Below are positions 1 to 9,789 of a DNA stretch of 64,000 nt, piece after piece. Position numbers and translations under genes: made by a program. The notes below the pieces were generated by a model, which was given only the letters and a program-made list of their open reading frames with translations, was not told the DNA's origin and ran no database searches. Numbering within the stretch: position 1 is the first letter of the stretch; every line of letters starts with the position of its first letter. Source of the stretch: an uncultured Nitrospinaceae bacterium (GTDB lineage Bacteria; UBA8248); the NCBI GenBank assembly GCA_964005815.1, contig CAXFSR010000016.1, forward strand, positions 32,001 through 96,000. Reading direction: 5' to 3'.

Positions 1-394
1 AAAGCTCTACAAATGTGGGTAATTCAACTGTAATTGGTTCAGCATTATAAAAAAGAATATTTACGATTGTTTCTTCTTTCAATAAATTGTCTGTTTCCCC
101 AAGTTGTGATCTGTCAAGTCCAATTTGTTCAAAAGTATTTGTGTCCATAAAATTGAAAACATCACCCTCTCTATAAAGGAATTGCATACTCTTCTCTTCA
201 AGTGAAGGTGAGCCAACACTTTCCCCTGAACGAAATGTTCTATCTATAACACGACCATTTTTCAAATTTTTCAGTTTTGTTCTGACAAAGGCTCCACCTT
301 TCCCAGGCTTAACATGCTGAAATTCAATTATGGAGAAAGGATCTCCTTCTATTTCTAATTTAAGACCATTTCTAAATTCATTTGTTGATGGCAT
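1..394 (-). CDS. efp: Elongation factor P (3' end runs off the window)
   Basis: Not in the ORF track. Manual translation from the ATG at 394 gives MPSTNEFRNGLKLEIEGDPFSIIEFQHVKPGKGGAFVRTKLKNL, with the PGKG loop. AGGAG RBS upstream. Confidence 0.95.
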   Translation of the reverse strand, partial: MPSTNEFRNGLKLEIEGDPFSIIEFQHVKPGKGGAFVRTKLKNLKNGRVIDRTFRSGESVGSPSLEEKSMQFLYREGDVFNFMDTNTFEQIGLDRSQLGETDNLLKEETIVNILFYNAEPITVELPTFVEL

Positions 395-419
395 GACCTA
401 AATCTCTCCTAGACGAAAA

Positions 420-1490
420 TTAACAGACAATTAATTCTTTCGAAATATCAGAAGTTATAATTTCTTTTCCTTTTTCAGTTACTAAAATCATATCCTCTAC
501 TCTTACTCCCCCCCAACCTTGAAGATAGATTCCTGGCTCAATAGTTAAAATCATATTTGGTTGAAGGATAGCATCTTGATTCGGTGCAATTCTTGGTGCC
601 TCATGAATAAAAAGCCCTAAACCATGACCAGTACCATGACCAAAGAATTCTCCATATCCTTCTTTTTGAATTATTTTCCTTGCAACAGAATCTACTTCTC
701 CACATTTAACACCTGGAGCCACTTTTTCGATAGCAGCTTTTTGGGCACGTAATACAATGTCATAGATTTTTCTAGATTTTTTGCTTGGCTCTCCACAAGA
801 AAAAACTCTAGTAGTATCCGCGTGATACCCATTTACCACACTACCAAAATCAATTGTTATCAAATTTCCTTTCTTGATTTTTTTTGTACTTGCTAACCCG
901 TGAGGTAAAGAAGACCTAACTCCTGAGGCAACAATAGTATCAAAAGCATTCCTTTCGGAACCATTTTTCTTCATAGACGATTCAAGAAAATTTGAAAGAT
1001 CTATCTCACTTACACCACTTTTAATTTGAGGGACAAGTTCTGACAATGCTTTTGAATTCACAACAGCAGCTTCTTTGATAAAAGATATTTCTTTTTTATC
1101 TTTAATGATTCTCATCGAATCTACAATTCCAGAACTTGATAGAAACTTAATTTTCCCTAATTTCTTTCTCATTAAAGTAAAATTACGAAAATTAAAACTT
1201 TCATCTTCAAAAAAAAGACGCCTAAAACCCCGACCTTTCACTTCTCGGACAATCAAGTCTAAATAATTATTACCTTCAACAAATCGAAATGACTTATCTA
1301 CCTGTTTTTCATACTGCGTACGATACCGGAAATCGGAAAAGAAAACTGCAACGTTTTGTCCAATCAAACAAAATCCAGTGGAACCAGTAAATCCAGTTAA
1401 ATATCTAACATTCAATGGATTTGAGATTAGCAATAAATTAATACGTTTAGAAGCAAGAATTTTTCGGATTTGTTTTAAACGAGATTTCAA
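420..1490 (-). CDS. Xaa-Pro aminopeptidase, M24B family
   Basis: Creatinase-like N-domain (YLTGFTGS, DFRY) and metal motifs D..D, HGTGHGLG, EPGIY, RVED. aroQ-M24-efp order. Confidence 0.92.
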   Translation of the reverse strand: MKSRLKQIRKILASKRINLLLISNPLNVRYLTGFTGSTGFCLIGQNVAVFFSDFRYRTQYEKQVDKSFRFVEGNNYLDLIVREVKGRGFRRLFFEDESFNFRNFTLMRKKLGKIKFLSSSGIVDSMRIIKDKKEISFIKEAAVVNSKALSELVPQIKSGVSEIDLSNFLESSMKKNGSERNAFDTIVASGVRSSLPHGLASTKKIKKGNLITIDFGSVVNGYHADTTRVFSCGEPSKKSRKIYDIVLRAQKAAIEKVAPGVKCGEVDSVARKIIQKEGYGEFFGHGTGHGLGLFIHEAPRIAPNQDAILQPNMILTIEPGIYLQGWGGVRVEDMILVTEKGKEIITSDISKELIVC

Positions 1491-1501
1491 TGATTTTCCT
1501 T

Positions 1502-1987
1502 CTACAAGAAATTTATTCCCTTCACATGTCGATCAATTGCTGTCCTTAATGCCATTAAATATCCCTCCACTCCAAATCCAATTATTGTGCCGGAGACTTC
1601 AGGGCCAATAATAGAAGAATGTCTAAAGTCTTCTCTGGTTAACACATTCGAAATGTGAACTTCATATACAGGCAAATCAATAGCTGCAACAGCGTCCCTT
1701 AAGGCAACACTTGTATGAGTAAATGCGCCGGGATTAAAAATACATGCACAACAAGAACCAAAAGGCGAAATATTAGGAATTAAATCTTTCACCCCTGCAG
1801 CTCTATGAAGAGCATCAACAAGTTCACCCTCAATATTTGATTGAAACACATCTAAATCCACTTTTTCGTTTAAGGCAAAGTCTGCAAGAGATTTCTCAAT
1901 ATTTGATAATGAAATATCTCCATATACTTCTTTTTCACGGGTTCCTAATAAATTTAAATTTGGACCATTTAGAAGTAAAATTCTCAT
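1502..1987 (-). CDS. aroQ: Type II 3-dehydroquinate dehydratase
   Basis: LNGPNLNLLGTRE, NPGAFTHTS, EVHISN, REDFRH motifs. Confidence 0.96.
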   Translation of the reverse strand: MRILLLNGPNLNLLGTREKEVYGDISLSNIEKSLADFALNEKVDLDVFQSNIEGELVDALHRAAGVKDLIPNISPFGSCCACIFNPGAFTHTSVALRDAVAAIDLPVYEVHISNVLTREDFRHSSIIGPEVSGTIIGFGVEGYLMALRTAIDRHVKGINFL

Positions 1988-2035
1988 TTTTCACCCCATT
2001 AAAATTTCTAAAAACAGAAGACCTTCCTGCCTAAA

Positions 2036-3127
2036 TTAAACTAGTTTTCCCTCTATCGAAGCAGACCACAATTGAGAGTTTAATTCAATTCCACTTTCTA
2101 CATTCCCAATTTTCTTCAAAATAACGAATTTTGGCTTGCCATCTCTAACTTTTTTGTCATGCAAAACATATCTCTTGACTTCTCTTAGTGATGGAGCTTT
2201 TTGCAATTTTATTGGCAATTTGAAACTCGTGAGTAATTTTTGCAGTCTATTCACATCTTCTTTTTCACAAAAGCCAGCTGAAAAAGACATTTGTGCGACT
2301 GCAGACATTCCAATAGATACTGCCTCTCCATGCAATAATTTCTTTGAGAATCCAAACAAAGATTCTAAAGCATGTCCAAGAGTATGTCCAAAATTAAGAA
2401 TTTGCCTTAGCCCTCTCTCTGTTTCATCTATTTCGACCACATCTCCTTTTATTCTGCAATTTCTAAAAACTATTTTTTCTAAAGACCGACTATCTCTATT
2501 TAGTATTTTAGATGTATTTTTTTCCAAAAAATCAAAAAAAGATTCATCTCTTATGACCGCGTGTTTTACAACCTCTGCAAGGCCATTTCTAAACTCTCTT
2601 TGTCTCAAAGAAAACATGGTTTCAAGATCACAAAGAACAACCCTAGGTTGAAAAAAAGAACCTACTAAATTTTTCCCATAAATGGTATTTATGGCGGTCT
2701 TCCCGCCTACTGAACTATCAACTTGCGATAACAATGTAGTAGGAACCTGAACCAATGAAATTCCTCTCAAGAAGGTGGCTGCTGCAAGACCTGCGAGATC
2801 ACCTACTACACCCCCACCAAGAGCGATAATACCATCTTCTCTTCCAACTTTCAGTCTAGACAATTTATTAAATATTTTGTCTAGTTGTTCAATTGATTTG
2901 CTTTTTTCTCCAACAGGAACATTTATGATTTCCGATATCATTCCACCTTTTCTAAGAGCTTCAACACAGTTTATTCCATACAACCTTCCTACAGTAGTAT
3001 CAGAGACAACTAATACTTTTTTGCCTGGGAAAAAAGAACTAGTATATTTACAAATATCCTTTATCAACCCTTTCGAGACAAGAATCGAATACGATCTATC
3101 CCCTAGAGACAGCTTAACCTTCTTCAT
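2036..3127 (-). CDS. aroB: 3-dehydroquinate synthase
   Basis: GGGVVGDLAG, PTTLLSQVDSSVGGKT, LNFGHTLGHALE, HGEAV. Confidence 0.97.
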   Translation of the reverse strand: MKKVKLSLGDRSYSILVSKGLIKDICKYTSSFFPGKKVLVVSDTTVGRLYGINCVEALRKGGMISEIINVPVGEKSKSIEQLDKIFNKLSRLKVGREDGIIALGGGVVGDLAGLAAATFLRGISLVQVPTTLLSQVDSSVGGKTAINTIYGKNLVGSFFQPRVVLCDLETMFSLRQREFRNGLAEVVKHAVIRDESFFDFLEKNTSKILNRDSRSLEKIVFRNCRIKGDVVEIDETERGLRQILNFGHTLGHALESLFGFSKKLLHGEAVSIGMSAVAQMSFSAGFCEKEDVNRLQKLLTSFKLPIKLQKAPSLREVKRYVLHDKKVRDGKPKFVILKKIGNVESGIELNSQLWSASIEGKLV

Positions 3128-3299
3128 TCAAACTCCCGCAAACATTGAGTAAATTAATGAACATATCTTACAGACAGTGTTTAAACTTAAAGAAAATTGC
3201 TAACAATTCTATATGCTTATGTTCCTTCATAACTATACACTTATTACAAAAACTTGAAAATCTAAATGCAAATTCAACAAAACCGAAAATTCTAACTTC

Positions 3300-3328
3300 T
3301 TGACATTCGAAAATATAAATTTTATCTT
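3300..3328 (+). promoter_or_regulatory. Putative sigma70 promoter for the lipoprotein gene
   Basis: TTGACA (3300-3305), 17-nt spacer, TATCTT (3323-3328), 39 nt before the ATG at 3368. Confidence 0.55.
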
Positions 3329-3367
3329 CACTTAGAAAATACACAAAATCTATCGAAAACTGTCGGA

Positions 3368-5335
3368 ATGAAAAATAAAAAAAATAAGCTATTCCTAGAC
3401 ATAATTTTATATTCCATGATTTCTTTCATTCTTTTCTCATGCTCACAGAGTCTAGATTTTATAGTAAAAAAAGAGAAGAAAACACCACACAAGGTTTTAT
3501 CTTTTCTAGATGAAGAATTTAAAGAAAGTACTTCTTGGTCAGATGAAAGCAAATTAAACTCTTTGAGAAAAAACAAGATTTCTCCTGAAACATCAATCAA
3601 AATAAAACAGAAAAACAGAGAAGATATCATTCTTTTAAATAAAGCGAAGGTTTCTTTTGAAAAAAAAGACTTCAAGAATTCAATAAAAAATCTTCAAACC
3701 CTTGAAAAAAAGTTTCCAAATTCTAAAGTCTTAAACGAAAGCAGACTAAGGCTTGCTCTTGCCTATTTTAAAATTGGCAAAAAAAGAAAAGCTTATAATA
3801 AATTAGAAGAAAATATCAAAAAAGAACAAGTCCCTGCTGAAAAGGCAATTTCACTTTCATTTCTAGGAAGAATCTACGAATCAGAAAAAAATTTGTATAA
3901 ATCTCTTACATACTATGCGAAGGCTTTTTCGAATTCGCAGGATACCGAAGATAGAAACTTGTTATCTTCAAAAATAGTAAACCTTTCAGAAAAAATTAAT
4001 CCTCCACATAAACTTGTTACTCTCGTAAATATTTTCAGAAAAGAGAATGCAGGACCTTACTTTAGAATTGCACTCATCAGAAAATCTATTCGTGAAAAAA
4101 AATTAAAAACCGCTCTAGCAAGCGCAAGAATTTTCATAGAAGAATATCCTGAACATAAATATTTTAATGAAATTTCAGACTTAGAAGAGAAGATTAAAAA
4201 AAATCTTTCTAACAAATTACTTAAAATAGGAGTTTTATTACCTTTATCAGGAAAAAATGGAAAAGAAGGAGAAAAAGTTTATCGTGGAATCCAAATAGCT
4301 CTTAGTCATCTACTAGAAAAACGTCCGGACCTCCAAGTAGAATTATCAGTACAGAATATCAAGAGTTCAAAAAGAGAATCTAATCTTTCTCAAAAATCTA
4401 CTTATAAATTTTTCAAAAATTTAAATTCTATAGCGCTAATAGGGCCGCTATTTAGTCCTGCTGCAAAGAATATTTCTAGAATTTCTGAAGAAAAAAAAAT
4501 CCCGCTTATCATTCCTTACGCCCCAAACTTTAAAATGGACAATGAGAAAAAATGGGTTTTCAGGAACACTCTAGATAACGAAATGCAAAATAGAGCGATT
4601 TTTAATTTCGCTATAAATCGTTTGAAACTTAGGCGCTTTGCACTAGTACACGAAAGAAATGAACATGAGTCTCTAATGAAAGAAAAATATAAAAAAACTA
4701 TTTCTGAACTCGGTGGATTTTTTACAAAAATTGTTTCATTCCCTATGAATGCTAATGACTTCCAATCACAGATGTCCTCTCTTGGAGGATTAAGTGATTC
4801 CCAACTAAAAACTAAATACCCTCGTCTTAGCAGGAAAAGGGATTTCAAAGTACCCCTTAACTTCGAAAGTATTTTAATTTCTGCGAAAGCTGAAAAAATT
4901 ATGTTAATAGTTCCCGAATTACCATTTTATAATATTAAGGGAGTTCTCCTTATAGGAAATAGAAATTGGAACAACCCAATTATTGCCAAACATGCAGGAA
5001 GCTATATTAAAAATGCTTTTTTTGTGGACGGCTTCTTCCATTCTTCCCGGAAGAAAATCGTCAAAAAATTTGTTGCAGACTACGAGAAATTGCACAATAA
5101 AAAGCCTGGATTATTAGAGGCCTTAGGATACGATTCTGCTAAACTCATATTCTCTGCTATAGAAAAAGGAAATAGACAAAGAGAAGATATCCGAAAGTAC
5201 TTACTCAATTTAAAACAATTTCAGGGAGTCACAGGGAGAATAAAAGGAATAAAAAATAATGACTTTATAAGGGAATTATATCTTTTAAGATTCAAGAAGG
5301 GAGTAATTAAAGAAGTAGATATGATTTCACCCTAA
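3368..5335 (+). CDS. TPR plus type 1 periplasmic-binding-fold lipoprotein (LpoA/LppC-like PBP activator)
   Basis: Lipobox ILFSC, TPR-like helices, then IGVLLPLSG..IGPL..ALGYDSA..FQGVTG. Confidence 0.75.
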   Translation: MKNKKNKLFLDIILYSMISFILFSCSQSLDFIVKKEKKTPHKVLSFLDEEFKESTSWSDESKLNSLRKNKISPETSIKIKQKNREDIILLNKAKVSFEKKDFKNSIKNLQTLEKKFPNSKVLNESRLRLALAYFKIGKKRKAYNKLEENIKKEQVPAEKAISLSFLGRIYESEKNLYKSLTYYAKAFSNSQDTEDRNLLSSKIVNLSEKINPPHKLVTLVNIFRKENAGPYFRIALIRKSIREKKLKTALASARIFIEEYPEHKYFNEISDLEEKIKKNLSNKLLKIGVLLPLSGKNGKEGEKVYRGIQIALSHLLEKRPDLQVELSVQNIKSSKRESNLSQKSTYKFFKNLNSIALIGPLFSPAAKNISRISEEKKIPLIIPYAPNFKMDNEKKWVFRNTLDNEMQNRAIFNFAINRLKLRRFALVHERNEHESLMKEKYKKTISELGGFFTKIVSFPMNANDFQSQMSSLGGLSDSQLKTKYPRLSRKRDFKVPLNFESILISAKAEKIMLIVPELPFYNIKGVLLIGNRNWNNPIIAKHAGSYIKNAFFVDGFFHSSRKKIVKKFVADYEKLHNKKPGLLEALGYDSAKLIFSAIEKGNRQREDIRKYLLNLKQFQGVTGRIKGIKNNDFIRELYLLRFKKGVIKEVDMISP

Positions 5336-5363
5336 AACAAGTAAAACGCAGAAAAAATATAGT

Positions 5364-6125
5364 CTAAACTTGGACAGCTCCACACGATATAGTATACGCT
5401 TGCCCTGTAATTCCTGAAGCTGAATCACTGGCTAAATAAACTGACATACTTGCAATTTCTCCAGGGTCAAGAAATCTTTTCATAGGAATATCTTTCTTGA
5501 GTTCATTTTCTATGTCAATAGAATCAGATCTAACAAAAAATTCCTTACTATCAGCCATCATTTTTGTTTCAACAAATCCAGGACAAATAGCATTAACCGT
5601 AATGTTATACTCAGCTACTTCTAATGCAATTGACCTAACAAAACCAATAGCACCGTGTTTAGCTGCGTGGTAAGCGCTTCTGTATGCGCCACCTAATTTT
5701 CCTGAAACTGAACTAATAACTATGACTCTACCCGTTTTTCTTTCTATCATGCCTTTAATTATATTTCTTGTTGTGTAAAAAACGCTATTTAAATTTGTAT
5801 CAATAATTTTTTTCCATAAACTATCATCTGTATGAATCAATTCATTTTTAAGTAGCATACCTGCATTTGCCACAAAAATATCAATTTTCCCCATTTCCTT
5901 TTCAATTTCAGCAAAAATCCTATCTACTTCTTGAGAAGATGTCACATCACAGACTTTAGCAATCGCACTTACTCCATAACTAACGATCTCATCAGAAACT
6001 AATTCAATTTCAGATTTTGTCCTTGCAACTAGAGCTACATCGAATCCCTTTTCAGCAAATGAAAGTGCAATTGCACGCCCAATACCTCTTCCACCTCCAG
6101 TAACTAAAACTTTTTTATTTTCCAT
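5364..6125 (-). CDS. Short-chain dehydrogenase/reductase
   Basis: TGGGRGIG, NAG, YxxxK (YHAAK), PGFVET. Confidence 0.9.
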   Translation of the reverse strand: MENKKVLVTGGGRGIGRAIALSFAEKGFDVALVARTKSEIELVSDEIVSYGVSAIAKVCDVTSSQEVDRIFAEIEKEMGKIDIFVANAGMLLKNELIHTDDSLWKKIIDTNLNSVFYTTRNIIKGMIERKTGRVIVISSVSGKLGGAYRSAYHAAKHGAIGFVRSIALEVAEYNITVNAICPGFVETKMMADSKEFFVRSDSIDIENELKKDIPMKRFLDPGEIASMSVYLASDSASGITGQAYTISCGAVQV

Positions 6126-6148
6126 TTACAATCTTCCAAAAGTATAAA

Positions 6149-7207
6149 CTAATTACATAAAAAAGGTTTAAAGAAAGACTCTGTTAAATTTATGACAGAC
6201 TCAAAAGAACTTTGTTCCATCAATTTCCTTCGAAAAAAAGACCCCCCCTCCATACCTTTTGTATATGCAGGAATATGTTTTCTGGAATGAAGAATAGCAA
6301 GCTTCTCCCCGAGATGTTTTTTCATTCTGTGAAGATGCAAGAACAAGACATTCTTTCTTTCAGACGAAGAAGGAGGCGAAGGCAAGATTCCTGTTCTACT
6401 CCAACTAAGAAGTCTTGAAAAAATCCATGGATTTCCAATTGCACCTCTCCCGATCATCAAAGCATCTACCTTTGTTCTCCTCAACATTTCGATAGCATCA
6501 TTTGGTGAGCGAATATCACCATTTCCAAAAACCGGGATCTTTACAGAACTCTTTATTCTTTCAATAGTGTCCAGATCAACTAGTCCCGTGAAAAAATCAT
6601 TCTTTGTACGTCCATGTACAGTAATAAAAGAAGCACCAGAATCTTCAACAATCTTAGCAAACTCCTCCGCACCAGTAGCACCAATAGTATCCCATCCAGT
6701 CCTCATTTTTACAGACACGGGCTTTCTAACTTTTCTAACCATTGAAGAAACTATTCTACCTGCAAGAGTTGGATCCTTTAATAAGGAAGAACCTGATTTG
6801 CTTTTTGTTATTTTCTTTACAGGACAACCACAATTAATATCTATTACATCGGCACCAAAATCTTCAACTATAGTAGCAGCTTCCGCCATTTTACATGGAT
6901 CTGAACCAAATAATTGAATGGATACAGGTTTTTCCTTTAAGTCATTTTTCATTATTTTAAATGCTCTTTCATTTCTTCTAATTAATGATTCACAACTAAC
7001 CATTTCCGTAGCAACCATACCTGCTCCGTATTCAGAAACTAACGAACGGAATGGAAGATTCGTATATCCTGCCATAGGAGCCATGAGTAACCTATTTTTC
7101 AAGAAAAGATTTTTTATTTTCAATGAATTTGAAAGAATCCTACGCTCATTAGGCACATGCAAAATTTTTTCTTCCAAAATCCTTGGTCCTGCCTCATCCG
7201 GCTTCAT
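6149..7207 (-). CDS. dusB: tRNA-dihydrouridine synthase B
   Basis: MAPMAG, DINCGCP, HGRT, GNGDI, MIGRGAIGNPW. Confidence 0.93.
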   Translation of the reverse strand: MKPDEAGPRILEEKILHVPNERRILSNSLKIKNLFLKNRLLMAPMAGYTNLPFRSLVSEYGAGMVATEMVSCESLIRRNERAFKIMKNDLKEKPVSIQLFGSDPCKMAEAATIVEDFGADVIDINCGCPVKKITKSKSGSSLLKDPTLAGRIVSSMVRKVRKPVSVKMRTGWDTIGATGAEEFAKIVEDSGASFITVHGRTKNDFFTGLVDLDTIERIKSSVKIPVFGNGDIRSPNDAIEMLRRTKVDALMIGRGAIGNPWIFSRLLSWSRTGILPSPPSSSERKNVLFLHLHRMKKHLGEKLAILHSRKHIPAYTKGMEGGSFFRRKLMEQSSFESVINLTESFFKPFLCN

Positions 7208-7227
7208 TCTATTTCCTTATAAAAAAT

Positions 7228-8349
7228 TCAAATTTGCCACCTCGGATCTACATCCATAGTACTAAATTCTAGAAAATTTTCCTGCTTTTCTCTTAAAAAT
7301 TTATAACCACCTGCACATGCTATCATTGCAGCATTATCCATACACAATCGTATAGATGGGAAAAAAACTGAAATCCCATGCCGACTTTCCATATCTTGAA
7401 ATTTTTCGCGAAGAAGACTATTCGCAGCAACACCTCCACAAATAGTTATAGTTTTGAGATTTTCTCGTTCAAGAATCATCTTTGATTTCGTTACTAACAC
7501 ATCGATTGCAGCCTCTTGAAAAGAAGCAGCAATCTCTCTTGAAATTTCGTCTGGGATTTCAACTTTACGCTCCCAGGGGGGTATTTTACTCGTGTAATCA
7601 TACAACCCTAATTCTTTTAAATGACTCAGAACTGCCGTTTTTAAACCACTAAAACTAAGACTATAAAACCTGTCCTTTAAATAAGGACGAGGAAATACAA
7701 TGGTTGTATTCTGTTTTTTTTCTATAAATTCCCTATACAATCTATCTATTACAGGACCACCTGGATATCCAATACCCATTGCAACACTTATTTTATCAAA
7801 AACTTCTCCTATAGAGTCATCCAAAGTCCCGCCAAGATGGAAAATTCTTCCTTCTTCTTCTACTTTATAAAAATCAGAGTGCCCTCCAGAAACGATCAAA
7901 GAAAGATGTGGAAATGGAGGAAAATCTGATTTTTGATTAGATTGAAATGTATCATTTTTTTCTTTTGGTTCTAGAAAAAGAGAACAAATATGACCTTCTA
8001 AATGATTAACTCCCACTAAAGGCAACCCTTTGCTCCAAGCAATTGCTTTCGCGATTGAAACACCAACTAAAAGAGAAACTGACAACCCTGGACCTCGCGT
8101 AACCGCAACTAAATCGATATTATCAAGCAAAACATTTGCCTGATTAAGAGATTCAAGTATAACAGGTTGAATAACTTCTACATGTGCCCGTGATGCCAAA
8201 TCAGGAACAACACCACCATAACGCGAATGAAGTTTACTTTGAGAATTAATTACATTAGAAAGGATCTCAGGAGCAGATTTTTCTTCACCGAAATGAACAA
8301 CAGATGAAGCAGTTTCATCACAACTTGTTTCGATACCTAAAACTATCAA
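7228..8349 (-). CDS. tsaD: tRNA N6-threonylcarbamoyltransferase TsaD
   Basis: LGIETSCDET, NHLEGH, VSGGH, SFSGLKT, GGVAAN, DNAAMIA. TTG start. Confidence 0.96.
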   Translation of the reverse strand: MIVLGIETSCDETASSVVHFGEEKSAPEILSNVINSQSKLHSRYGGVVPDLASRAHVEVIQPVILESLNQANVLLDNIDLVAVTRGPGLSVSLLVGVSIAKAIAWSKGLPLVGVNHLEGHICSLFLEPKEKNDTFQSNQKSDFPPFPHLSLIVSGGHSDFYKVEEEGRIFHLGGTLDDSIGEVFDKISVAMGIGYPGGPVIDRLYREFIEKKQNTTIVFPRPYLKDRFYSLSFSGLKTAVLSHLKELGLYDYTSKIPPWERKVEIPDEISREIAASFQEAAIDVLVTKSKMILERENLKTITICGGVAANSLLREKFQDMESRHGISVFFPSIRLCMDNAAMIACAGGYKFLREKQENFLEFSTMDVDPRWQI

Positions 8350-8386
8350 AAAATACCTTTCAAAAACTCAAAAAGGATAAAGTCTT

Positions 8387-9679
8387 CTACTTTTGATTTT
8401 TCTTCTTAATAAAAATTACTGCTCTTTCTAACAAATAATCCTTCACCCCATTTTTATTTTTGGAAGTAATGTCGGGGGTTCTATCGATTTTTTCTTTGAT
8501 ATTTTTTTTGTTTTTATTTTCCATATTTCTAAGGTGTCTAGGAAGATCCTCTTCTCTAACGACAGATTTATTCCTGTTTGATGGATCAACAACTCTAATA
8601 TCCGGTTCAATTCCAATTCCTTGAATCATCCTGTCTTTAGGTGTGTAATACAATGAAGTTGTCAAACGAAGACCTGATCCATCTAATAATGGCATAACGG
8701 TTTGAACGGAGCCTTTTCCGAATGTTTTCTCACCAAGAATAGTTGCTCTTTCCCAATCCTGTAATGCCCCTGCGACAATTTCAGAAGCACTTGCGCTTCC
8801 TGCATTCACAATAACAACGATCGGGATTCCTTTAATACCATCACTTTCTTTAGAGATAAATTTTCTATTTTGATCTATCACACGACCTTTAGTATAAACA
8901 ATCAACTTTCCTGCGGGCAAAAAAAGTTCAGATACTGCAACAGCTTGAGTCAACAAACCACCTGGATTATTTCTCAAGTCAAGAATCAAACCATTTTTTT
9001 TAAAATCTTGCATTTTATTTAGACCTAATCGAACTTCCTTAGCAGTTCTAGATTGGAAGTTTCGAATACGTATATAAGGAATCTTTCCCTCTATGAGCCT
9101 ACTTTTAACACTTTTAATTTCAATTATTTCTCGAGTTATCAAGAGATCAAACATTTTCTTACTGCTTCTTCTATATATTGTAATTTTAACTTCGGAACCA
9201 GGTCTGCCCCTCAATTTCTTAACTGCTTCATAAATAGTAATACCTTTGGTACTTTTTCCATTAATTTTGACAATCTGGTCTTTTGCGATTACTCCTGCTC
9301 TATATGCGGGAGTCCCTTCAATAGGAGAGACTATTGTTAATACAGATTTCCTAAGTGTAATTGTAATCCCGAGACCACCGAACTGACCAGAAGTTTCAAC
9401 TTGCATCTGCTTAAACATTTCGGGAGTCATATATCCAGAATGAGGATCTAGTGAACGTAACATACCGCCAATTGCACCACGAATAACTTTCTTGGGTTCA
9501 ATTTTTTTTACATAATTTTGTTCTATTAAGCTCAAGACTTCTGTAAAAGTGGAAAGATCCTTATATGAACTATTATTCCTCGCAAAAGATTTCTTACCTA
9601 CTAAAACATCAAAGTTAGAAACACTGTAAAAAACCAGAACAAAAAGAATTAAACTAACGAAAAAATATTTCTTCTTCAT
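8387..9679 (-). CDS. ctpA: Carboxy-terminal processing protease, S41A, with PDZ domain
   Basis: LDPHS, FGGLGI (PDZ), LDLRNNPGG, SASASEI, TFGKGSVQ. Confidence 0.93.
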   Translation of the reverse strand: MKKKYFFVSLILFVLVFYSVSNFDVLVGKKSFARNNSSYKDLSTFTEVLSLIEQNYVKKIEPKKVIRGAIGGMLRSLDPHSGYMTPEMFKQMQVETSGQFGGLGITITLRKSVLTIVSPIEGTPAYRAGVIAKDQIVKINGKSTKGITIYEAVKKLRGRPGSEVKITIYRRSSKKMFDLLITREIIEIKSVKSRLIEGKIPYIRIRNFQSRTAKEVRLGLNKMQDFKKNGLILDLRNNPGGLLTQAVAVSELFLPAGKLIVYTKGRVIDQNRKFISKESDGIKGIPIVVIVNAGSASASEIVAGALQDWERATILGEKTFGKGSVQTVMPLLDGSGLRLTTSLYYTPKDRMIQGIGIEPDIRVVDPSNRNKSVVREEDLPRHLRNMENKNKKNIKEKIDRTPDITSKNKNGVKDYLLERAVIFIKKKNQK

Positions 9680-9789
9680 TTATAACCTCTTCTGCATACT
9701 CGCAAGGGAAAATACGCCCGTTAATATTAAATATAACCTTATGGGAATTTCTAAAGAAAGGAAACTTCAAAAATACTAAGTAAAAAAAA

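Noticed and set aside
1502..8349. Short insertions in AroQ (GVKDLIPNISPFGSCC) and TsaD (LYDYTSKIPPWERK)
   Set aside because: Small in-frame loop insertions with catalytic motifs intact; too short for inteins and no repeat origin evident.
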